From Macrostomum hystrix (lineage: Eukaryota; Animalia; Platyhelminthes), in the NCBI GenBank assembly GCA_950097015.1, contig CATNEN010000007.1, forward strand, positions 1,984,001 to 2,048,000: DNA of 64,000 bases. Direction: 5' to 3'. Of this stretch, positions 1 through 11,100 are shown one piece after another (position 1 is the stretch's first letter; the number at the start of each line of letters is the position of its first letter). Under the pieces are notes generated by a model. It saw nothing but the letters and a program-made list of their open reading frames with translations. It made no database searches and had not been told where the DNA came from. The position numbers were made by a program, and so were the translations under genes.

Positions 1-17
1 AAGAAAAGTCCGCAGCA
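1..17 (+). CDS. Probable end of an upstream exon of the WD40 gene
   Basis: Consensus donor GTGAGT at 18-23. Reading EKSAA joins in phase 0 to FLSGED at 8073, implying an 8055-nt intron. Only 17 nt are visible. Confidence 0.45.
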
Positions 18-128
18 GTGAGTTTCTGAGAGATTCTGCCCATTCAGCTGACCCTGAGCCATCGAGCTCTGAATCTAGAAACTGGAGAGACAACTCCGCC
101 AAACCCCCATTTTCCGGATCAGTGTAGC

Positions 129-3100
129 CTGATTAGAGGGACTGATTAGAGAGACTGATCAGTGAGACTGATTAGAGAGACTGATTAGAGAGACTGATTA
201 GAGAGACTGGTTAGAGAGACTGATTAGAGAGACTGATTAGAGAGACTGGTTAGAGAGACTGATTAGAGAGACTGATTAGAGAGACTGGTTAGAGAGACTG
301 ATTAGAGAGACTGATTAAAGAGACTGATTAGAGAGACTGATTAGAGAGACTGATTAGAGAGACTCATTAGAGAGACTCATTAGAGAGACTCATTAGAGAG
401 ACTGATTAGAGAGACTGATTAGAGAGACTGATTAGAGAGACTCATTAGAGAGACTGATTAGAGAGACTGGTTAGAGAGACTGATTAGAGAGACTGGTTAG
501 AGAGACTGATTAGAGAGACTGATTAGAGAGACTGATTAGAGAGACTGATTAGAGAGACTGATTAAAGAGACGGATTAGAGAGACTGATTAGAGAGACTGA
601 TTAAAGAGACTGATTAGAAAGACTGATTAGAGAGACTGATTAGAGAGACTGATTAGAGAGACTGATTAGAGAGACTGATTAAAGAGACTGATTAGAGAGA
701 CTGATTAGAGAGACTGATTAGAGAGACTGATTAGAGAGACTGATTAGAGAGACTGATTAGAGAGACTGATTAGAGAGACTGATTAGAGAGACTGATTAGA
801 GAGACTGATTAAAGAGACTGATTAAAGAGACTGATTAAAGAGACTGATTAGAGAGACTGATTAGAGAGACTGATTAGAGAGACTGATTAAAGAGACTGAT
901 TAAAGAGACTGATTAAAGAGACTGATTAGAGAGACTGATTAGAGAGACTGATTAGAGAGACTGATTAAAGAGACTGATTAAAGAGACTGATTAAAGAGAC
1001 TGATTAGAGAGACTGATTAGAGAGACTGATTAGAGAGACTGATTAGAGAGACTGATTAGAGAGACTGATTAGAGAGACTGATTAGAGAGACTGATTAGAG
1101 AGACTGATTAGAAAGACTGATTAGAGAGACTGATTAGAGAGACTGATTAGAGAGACTGATTAGAGAGACTGATTAGAGAGACTGATTAGAGAGACTGATT
1201 AGAGAGACTGGTTAGAGAGACTGATTAGAGAGACTGATTAAACAGACTGATTAGAGAGACTGATTAGAGAGACTGATTAGAGAGACTCATTAGAGAGACT
1301 CATTAGAGAGACTGATTAGAGAGACTGATTAGAGAGACTGGTTAGAGAGACTGATTAGAGAGACTGATTAAAGAGACTGATTAGAGAGACTGATTAGAGA
1401 GACTGATTAGAGAGACTCATTAGAGAGACTCATTAGAGAGACTCATTAGAGAGACTGATTAGAGAGACTGATTAGAGAGACTGATTAGAGAGACTCATTA
1501 GAGAGACTGATTAGAGAGACTGGTTAGAGAGACTGATTAGAGAGACTGGTTAGAGAGACTGATTAGAGAGACTGATTAGAGAGACTGATTAGAGAGACTG
1601 ATTAGAGAGACTGGTTAGAGAGACTGATTAGAGAGACTGAGTAGAGAGACTGGTTAGAGAGACTGATTAGAGAGACTGATTAAAGAGACTGATTAGAGAG
1701 ACTGATTAGAGAGACTGATTAGAGAGACTGATTAGAGAGACTCATTAGAGAGACTGGTTAGAGAGACTGATTAGAGAGACTGATTAGAGAGACTGATTAG
1801 AGAGACTCATTAGAGAGACTCATTAGAGAGACTGATTAGAGAGACTGATTAGAGAGACTGATTAGAGAGACTGATTAGAGAGACTGATTAGAGAGACTCA
1901 TTAGAGAGACTGATTGGAGAGACTGATTGGAGAGACTGATTAGAGAGACTGATTAGAGAGACTGATTAGAGAGACTGATTAGAGAGACTGATTAGAGAGA
2001 CTGATTAGAGAGACTGATTGGAGAGACTGATTAGAGAGACTGATTAGAGAGACTGATTAGAGAGACTGATTAGAGAGACTGATTAGAGAGACTGATTGGA
2101 GAGACTGATTGGAGAGACTGATTGGAGAGACTGATTGGAGAGACTGATTAGAGAGACTGATTAGAGAGACTGATTAGAGAGACTGATTGGAGAGACTGAT
2201 TGGAGAGACTGATTAGAGAGACTGATTGGAGAGACTGATTGGAGAGACTGATTGGAGAGACTGATTGGAGAGACTGGTTAGAGAGACTGATTAGAGAGAC
2301 TGATTAAAGAGACTGATTAGAGAGACTGATTAGAGAGACTGATTAGAGAGACTCATTAGAGAGACTCATTAGAGAGACTCATTAGAGAGACTGATTAGAG
2401 AGACTGATTAGAGAGACTGGTTAGAGAGACTGATTAGAGAGACTGGTTAGAGAGACTGATTAGAGAGACTGATTAGAGAGACTGATTAGAGAGACTGATT
2501 AGAGAGACTGGTTAGAGAGACTGATTAGAGAGACTGATTAGAAAGACTGATTAGAGAGACTGATTAGAGAGACTGATTAGAGAGACTGATTAGAGAGACT
2601 GATTAGAGAGACTGATTAGAGAGACTGATTAGAGAGACTGATTAAAGAGACTGATTAGAGAGACTGATTAGAGAGACTGATTAGAGAGACTGATTAGAGA
2701 GACTGATTAGAGAGACTGATTAGAGAGACTGATTAGAGAGACTGATTAGAGAGACTGATTAGAGAGACTGATTAGAGAGACTGATTAGAGAGACTGATTA
2801 GAGAGACTGATTAGAGAGACTGATTAGAGAGACTGATTAGAGAGACTGATTAGAGAGACTGATTAAAGAGACTGATTAGAGAGACTGATTAGAGAGACTG
2901 ATTAGAGAGACTGATTAGAGAGACTGATTAAAGAGACTGATTAAAGAGACTGATTAAAGAGACTGATTAGAGAGACTGATTAGAGAGACTGATTAGAGAG
3001 ACTGATTAGAGAGACTGATTAAAGAGACGGATTAGAGAGACTGATTAGAGAGACTGATTAAAGAGACTGATTAGAAAGACTGATTAGAGAGACTGATTAG

Positions 3101-6100
3101 AGAGACTGATTAGAGAGACTGATTAGAGAGACTGATTAAAGAGACTGATTAGAGAGACTGATTAGAGAGACTGATTAGAGAGACTGATTAGAGAGACTGA
3201 TTAGAGAGACTGATTAGAGAGACTGATTAGAGAGACTGATTAGAGAGACTGATTAGAGAGACTGATTAGAGAGACTGATTAAAGAGACTGATTAAAGAGA
3301 CTGATTAAAGAGACTGATTAGAGAGACTGATTAGAGAGACTGATTAGAGAGACTGATTAGAGAGACTGATTAGAGAGACTGATTAAAGAGACTGATTAAA
3401 GAGACTGATTAAAGAGACTGATTAGAGAGACTGATCAGTGAGACTGATTAGAGAGACTGATTAGAGAGACTGATTAAAGAGACTGATTAAAGAGACTGAT
3501 TAGAGAGACTGATTAGAGAGACTGATTAGAGAGACTGATTAGAGAGACTGATTAGAGAGACTGATTAGAGAGACTGATTAGAGAGACTGATTAGAGAGAC
3601 TGATTAGAAAGACTGATTAGAGAGACTGATTAGAGAGACTGATTAGAGAGACTGATTAGAGAGACTGATTAGAGAGACTGATTAGAGAGACTGATTAGAG
3701 AGACTGATTAGAGAGACTGATTAGAGAGACTGATTAGAGAGACTGATTAGAGAGACTGATTAGAGAGACTGATTAGAGAGACTGATTAGAGAGACTGATT
3801 AGAGAGACTGATTAGAGAGACTGATTAGAGAGACTGATTAGAAAGACTGATTAGAGAGACTGATTAGAGAGACTGATTAGAGAGACTGATTAGAGAGACT
3901 GATTAGAGAGACTGATTAGAGAGACTGATTAGAGAGACTGATTAGAGAGACTGATTAGAGAGACTGATTAGAGAGACTGATTAGAGAGACTGATTAGAGA
4001 GACTGATTAAAGAGACTGATTAAAGAGACTGATTAAAGAGACTGATTAGAGAGACTGATCAGTGAGACTGATTAGAGAGACTGATTAGAGAGACTGATTA
4101 AAGAGACTGATTAAAGAGACTGATTAGAGAGACTGATTAGAGAGACTGATTAGAGAGACTGATTAGAGAGACTGATTAGAGAGACTGATTAGAAAGACTG
4201 ATTAGAGAGACTGATTAGAGAGACTGATTAGAGAGACTGATTAGAGAGACTGATTAGAGAGACTGATTAGAGAGACTGATTGGAGAGACTGATTAGAGAG
4301 ACTGATTAGAGAGACTGATTAGAGAGACTGATTAGAGAGACTGATTAGAGAGACTGATTAGAGAGACTGATTAGAGAGACTGATTAGAGAGACTGGTTAG
4401 AGAGACTGATTAGAGAGACTGAGTAGAGAGACTGGTTAGAGAGACTGATTAGAGAGACTGATTAAAGAGACTGATTAGAGAGACTGATTAGAGAGACTGA
4501 TTAGAGAGACTGATTAGAGAGACTCATTAGAGAGACTGGTTAGAGAGACTGATTAGAGAGACTGATTAGAGAGACTGATTAGAGAGACTCATTAGAGAGA
4601 CTCATTAGAGAGACTGATTAGAGAGACTGATTAGAGAGACTGATTAGAGAGACTGATTAGAGAGACTGATTAGAGAGACTCATTAGAGAGACTGATTGGA
4701 GAGACTGATTGGAGAGACTGATTAGAGAGACTGATTAGAGAGACTGATTAGAGAGACTGATTAGAGAGACTGATTAGAGAGACTGATTAGAGAGACTGAT
4801 TGGAGAGACTGATTAGAGAGACTGATTAGAGAGACTGATTAGAGAGACTGATTAGAGAGACTGATTAGAGAGACTGATTGGAGAGACTGATTGGAGAGAC
4901 TGATTGGAGAGACTGATTGGAGAGACTGATTAGAGAGACTGATTAGAGAGACTGATTAGAGAGACTGATTGGAGAGACTGATTGGAGAGACTGATTAGAG
5001 AGACTGATTGGAGAGACTGATTGGAGAGACTGATTGGAGAGACTGATTGGAGAGACTGGTTAGAGAGACTGATTAGAGAGACTGATTAAAGAGACTGATT
5101 AGAGAGACTGATTAGAGAGACTGATTAGAGAGACTCATTAGAGAGACTCATTAGAGAGACTGATTAGAGAGACTGATTAGAGAGACTGATTAGAGAGACT
5201 GATTAGAGAGACTGATTAGAGAGACTGATTAGAGAGACTGATTAGAGAGACTGATTAGAGAGACTGATTAGAGAGACTGATTAGAGAGACTGATTAAAGA
5301 GACTGATTAAAGAGACTGATTAGAGAGACTGATTAAAGAGACTGATTAAAGAGACTGATTAAAGAGACTGATTAGAGAGACTGATCAGTGAGACTGATTA
5401 GAGAGACTGATTAGAGAGACTGATTAAAGAGACTGATTAAAGAGACTGATTAGAGAGACTGATTAGAGAGACTGATTAGAGAGACTGATTAGAGAGACTG
5501 ATTAGAGAGACTGATTAGAGAGACTGATTAGAAAGACTGATTAGAGAGACTGATTAGAGAGACTGATTAGAGAGACTGATTAGAGAGACTGATTAGAGAG
5601 ACTGATTAGAGAGACTGATTAGAGAGACTGATTAGAGAGACTGATTAGAGAGACTGATTAGAGAGACTGATTAGAGAGACTGATTAGAGAGACTGATTAG
5701 AGAGACTGATTAGAGAGACTGATTAGAAAGACTGATTAGAGAGACTGATTAGAGAGACTGATTAGAGAGACTGATTAGAGAGACTGATTAGAGAGACTGA
5801 TTAGAGAGACTGATTAGAGAGACTGATTAGAGAGACTGATTAGAGAGACTGATTAGAGAGACTGATTAGAGAGACTGATTAGAGAGACTGATTAGAGAGA
5901 CTGATTAAAGAGACTGATTAAAGAGACTGATTAAAGAGACTGATTAGAGAGACTGATCAGTGAGACTGATTAAAGAGACTGATTAGAGAGACTGATCAGT
6001 GAGACTGATTAGAGAGACTGATTAGAGAGACTGATTAAAGAGACTGATTAAAGAGACTGATTAGAGAGACTGATTAGAGAGACTGATTAGAGAGACTGAT

Positions 6101-7172
6101 TAGAGAGACTGATTAGAGAGACTGATTAGAGAGACTGATTAGAAAGACTGATTAGAGAGACTGATTAGAGAGACTGATTAGAGAGACTGATTAGAGAGAC
6201 TGATTAGAGAGACTGATTAGAGAGACTGATTAGAGAGACTGATTAGAGAGACTGATTAGAGAGACTGATTAGAGAGACTGATTAGAGAGACTGATTAGAG
6301 AGACTGATTAGAGAGACTGATTAGAGAGACTGATTAAAGAGACTGATTAAAGAGACTGATTAAAGAGACTGATTAGAGAGACTGATCAGTGAGACTGATT
6401 AGAGAGACTGATTAGAGAGACTGATTAAAGAGACTGATTAAAGAGACTGATTAGAGAGACTGATTAGAGAGACTGATTAGAGAGACTGATTAGAGAGACT
6501 GATTAGAGAGACTGATTAGAGAGACTGATTAGAGAGACTGATTAGAGAGACTGATTAGAGAGACTGATTAGAGAGACTGATTAGAGAGACTGATTAGAGA
6601 GACTGATTAGAGAGACTGATTAGAAAGACTGATTAGAGAGACTGATTAGAGAGACTGATTAGAGAGACTGATTAGAGAGACTGATTAGAGAGACTGATTA
6701 GAGAGACTGATTAGAGAGACTGATTAGAGAGACTGATTAGAGAGACTGATTAGAGAGACTGATTAGAGAGACTGATTAGAGAGACTGATTAGAGAGACTG
6801 ATTAAAGAGACTGATTAAAGAGACTGATTAAAGAGACTGATTAGAGAGACTGATCAGTGAGACTGATTAGAGAGACTGATTAGAGAGACTGATTAAAGAG
6901 ACTGATTAAAGAGACTGATTAGAGAGACTGATTAGAGAGACTGATTAGAGAGACTGATTAGAGAGACTGATTAGAGAGACTGATTAGAGAGACTGATTAG
7001 AAAGACTGATTAGAGAGACTGATTAGAGAGACTGATTAGAGAGACTGATTAGAGAGACTGATTAGAGAGACTGATTAGAGAGACTGATTAGAGAGACTGA
7101 TTAGAGAGACTGATTAGAGAGACTGATTAGAGAGACTGATTAGAGAGACTGATTAAAGAGACTGATTAGAGA
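129..7172. repeat. 13-bp satellite (CTGATTAGAGAGA)n, ~540 copies
   Basis: Direct reading; variants CTCATT, CTGGTT, ATTAAA and ATTGG. Lies in the probable first visible WD40 intron. Confidence 0.99.
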
Positions 7173-7342
7173 GTATGAGAGAACAATGAGAGTGAGAGAA
7201 TCAAAGAGAGGCAGTGCTAAATAATATGTAAAGCCGCTACGAAACGAAACGATGCCATCTTTGGAGAGAAAACAATTTCGTTGAATAGAATCGAGTCGAA
7301 AAAAGAAAACTATTTTTTTTCTCGAATTTATTCCTTTAAAAT

Positions 7343-7982
7343 AGGGTGTTCGGGTCTGGTTCGGGTTTGGGTAGGGTGTTCGGGTCTGGTTCGGGTTTGG
7401 GTAGGGTGTTCGGGTCTGGTTCGGATTTGGGTAGGGTGTTCGGGTCGGGTTCGAGTAGGGTGCTCGGTTCGGGTTCGGGTCGGGTTCAGGTTTGGGTAGG
7501 GTGTTCGGGTCGGGTTCGAGTAGGGTGTTCGGTTCGGGTTCGGGTCGGGTTCAGGTTTGGGTAGGGTGTTCGGGTCGGGTTCGGATTTGGGTAGGGTGTT
7601 CGGGTCGGGTTCGAGTAGGGTGTTCGGTTCGGGTTCGGGTCGGGTTCAGGTTTGGGTAGGGTGTTCGGGTCGGGTTCGAGTAGGGTGTTCGGTTCGGGTT
7701 CGGGTCGGGTTCAGGTTTGGGTAGGGTGTTCGGGTCGGGTTCGAGTAGGGTGTTCGGTTCGGGTTCGGGTCGGGTTCAGGTTTGGGTAGGGTGTTCGGGT
7801 CGGGTTCGAGTAGGGTGTTCGGTTCGGGTTCGGGTCGGGTTCAGGTTTGGGTAGGGTGTTCGGGTCGGGTTCGGATTTGGGTAGGGTGTTCGGGTCGGGT
7901 TCGAGTAGGGTGTTCGGGTCGGGTTCGAGTAGGGTGTTCGGGTCGGGTTCGAGTAGGGTTCGGGTTTGGGTAGGGTGTTCAG
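7343..7982. repeat. G-rich compound repeat (GGGTAGGGTGTTCGGGTCGGGTTC...)
   Basis: Direct reading; units of about 24-54 bp. Confidence 0.95.
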
Positions 7983-8072
7983 GTCTACCCAGTATCTGGC
8001 CAGTGTTCGGGACAGCCAGTCAGCCAACACTGGTCCGGAAAATGGGGATAAAACGGGGAGTTGTCTCTCCAG

Positions 8073-8182
8073 TTTCTATCTGGAGAGGATATGCCAGACT
8101 CAAGTCCGGCATCACCCATTGCACTTTCAGACTGCTTCAAGAACAAAAGAGAGAGGGCAAGAGATCGAAGACTGATGGTCAG
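8073..8182 (+). CDS. WD40 gene exon (FLSGEDMPDSS...RRLMV)
   Basis: Acceptor ctctccag, donor gtcagt, 110 nt ending in phase 2; followed by a 44-nt intron. Confidence 0.7.
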
Positions 8183-11100
8183 GTCAGTTTTCAAGTTTCT
8201 GTGAAAATTCTGATTTGTTTTTTTAGCCTGCGTGGGAATGAGCGAATTTCAAAAAATCGTGCATTGCAGGATAAAAGGAGAAATATTCACAGCACGGGCT
8301 TCAGAAAGCTGGAGTTTGTTGAAGAGTTGGACATCCTCGTGGCCGCCTGCGAGGACTCGAACGTCTGTAAGTTTTGATCAGGAACCAATCGTGTTCAAAT
8401 GCACTTCAACATTATTTTCCGAGGCCCTAAAACAAGATATGGCCATAGACAAGTCTCTCCTGAACACAACTCTATTGTAACAATGCTTTCCATTGCCCCC
8501 TGCTTCAATCTCCTCGCATGCAGACGTCATCGGCTTCGACGAGAAAGCGTTCGGCGTTCTGGTCAGCATGGCGCCCGAACAGGCCGCTGGCAGCGGAGAC
8601 CGCGCCAGCAACAGTGACGCAGCTTCCATCGAGTCGACTAGCGAGGTTCGGAGCTATGACCGAGTGCTGCTTATTTCCTGGGCTATCCTTTCCTTCCAAA
8701 ATCTGATTAGTTGTTGGTAACAACAGGCTCTGATTGGTTGCTGGGAGCAACAGGTTCTGATTGGTTGTTGGGAACAACAGGCTCTGATTGGTTGCTGGGA
8801 GCAACAGGCTCTGATTCGTTGTTGGGAACAACAGGCTCTGATTGGTTGCTGGGAGCAACAGGCTCTGATTCGTTGTTGGTAACATCAGGCTCTGATTGGT
8901 TGCTGGGAACAACAGGCTCTGATTGGTTGCTGGGAACAACAGACTCTGATTGGTTGCTGGGAACAACAGGCTCTGATTTGTTGCTGGGAACAACAGGCTC
9001 TGATTGGTTGCTGGGAGCAACAGGTTCTGATTGGTTGTTGGGAACAACAGGCTCTGATTTGTTGCTGGGAACAACAGGCTCTGATTGGTTGCTGGGAGCA
9101 ACAGGTTCTGATTGGTTGTTGGGAACAACAGGCTCTGATTAGTTGTCGGGAACAACAGGCTCTGATTGGTTGTTGGGAACAACAGGCTCTGATTGGTTGT
9201 TGGGAACAACAGGCTCTGATTTGTTGCTGGGAACAACAGGCTCTGATTAGTTGTCGGGAACAACAGGCTCTGATTGGTTGTTGGGAACAACAGGCTCTGA
9301 TTGGTTGCTGGGAACAACAGGCACTGATTGGTTGCTGGGAACAACAGAATCTGATTGGTTGTCGGGAACAACGGCTGTGATTGGTTGCCGGGAAAAGGGC
9401 CCTGATTGTGCCGAGGTTTTCCGTATTCATTCTCATTGATTGACAGAAATAGTAGGTGGTAACTACTAACTTCACTTACCAATTTCCGTTAACAGAAGAA
9501 AGACCCTTTCAAATACCCACATTTTTGTTATCTCCTCAAATATTAAACCGATCACCATGAAAAGCTAGAACGCGGGCTATTTTCCGCTCTATCCGATGAA
9601 ACAGCTTCTAGAGTCACAAAACATCGAGATATTCAACGATTCTCGTCGGGGTTTCGGGTGGCAAAAAGCACCAATATAGGCACCATTTTTCTGCTCACAA
9701 AATTTCATCATTTTACCTGACGGCTATTATTGTTGATTATAATGTATAAGGAGGTCGGTGGCAGAGTGGTCTAACGCGTTTGCCTCTCGCGCCAAGGTCC
9801 CTAAGTTCAATTCCGCGGTGAGGCCACATTCATTCGGGACGCAGCCGTGGAGAGAAGGCTTGGGGGCTTGTCGTGCAATTTACACCCTTGAGGGCCAACC
9901 CCAAGGCACAGATAAGTGTACATAAACTGCCTGACGATGAGAAAGTCAGGGCAGATGTACACACATGTGTGAGCGCGTGCCTGCGTACTGTATTTGTGTG
10001 CGTGTGTGCTCAGGAGTCAGCGGAATGGGCAGAATGCCTCCTGGCTGGCTGGGGGTCTCGTGTGACTAAATGATGCGCCATCGCCCGCAGGCCTCCTGAA
10101 ATTATTATTATTATGATTGTGATTATAAAGTATTGATTATATTTTAAATTTGTATATTATCGAATCATATAGATTCGCCATACAGGTATATACGGAGCAA
10201 TGTTAGTTGTCCTTGTCTCCAGGACCTTCGAAACGAATCGCTGAATATCTCGCCGATGCTGACTGGGACGGCTTTGAAAGTTAGTTAATCGTGAAGGGCG
10301 GAAAATTTTTATCCAAATGGTGTACTTTCACGAAAATCGGTCATTCGCATCGGGAGCTGTCGTGAAGTAGGCAGTGGGTATTTGAGATACCCCGTGGTCC
10401 ACTGTTAACCAACAAGCCAGAATTCCTACTCCTTAAAAAACCATTTACCTTTGTCACCAGATGGACGACCAAGTCACCAAGCGAGTGGCGGGTTACAAGT
10501 GTCGCCACGTCTTAGTTGAGCACAACGGAGTTGTCACATGCTTCGCTGTCATTCCCAAGGGGAACTCGCATCCCTGTCTGTACTTGGTCACATCCGGCTG
10601 GGATCAGAGAATCTGCATTTGGAACCTGGAGACTGGAGAGTGAGTTACTGTTTAGAATTGGCTTATCCAAAGTTTATTACAAACAGAAACGAGCCCTCTA
10701 TGTTTTAGGCTGGTGGACGTGTTCAGAAATGTGGACTCGAAGCTGTGGGAAGAGCGTGAGCTGGCTGCAGACGATGCCATCTTGGACATGTGCTACTCAC
10801 CGGAAAGGTAGAATTCGCTTTAGCTGCAATAGATCATAGATTGACATTTAGAACACGTGCGTACATCTGTTTGACAAACTAGTGCGTGGGCGTGCATGCA
10901 CAGCTGCTGTTGGACTAGTCGAGGAGTGAGGTGGTTGCAGATGTACAGTGACTGTTGGACTAGTCGAGGAGTGAGGTGGTTGCAGATGTACAGTCGCTGT
11001 TGGAATAGTCGAGTAGTGAGGTGGGTGCAGATGTATAGTGACTGTTGGACTAGTCGAGGAGTGAGGTGGGTGCAGATATACAGTGACTGTTGGACTAGTC

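Noticed and set aside
7281-9482. Repetitive ORFs over the 7.3-8.0 kb and 8.7-9.4 kb arrays
   Set aside because: Repeat translations lying inside introns of the WD40 gene.
9924-9962. CTGACGA-TGA-GAAA-GTC inside the SINE as a hammerhead
   Set aside because: No stem II, no proper stem III/NUH geometry, and copy 2 reads TTGACGA; treated as a simple hairpin.
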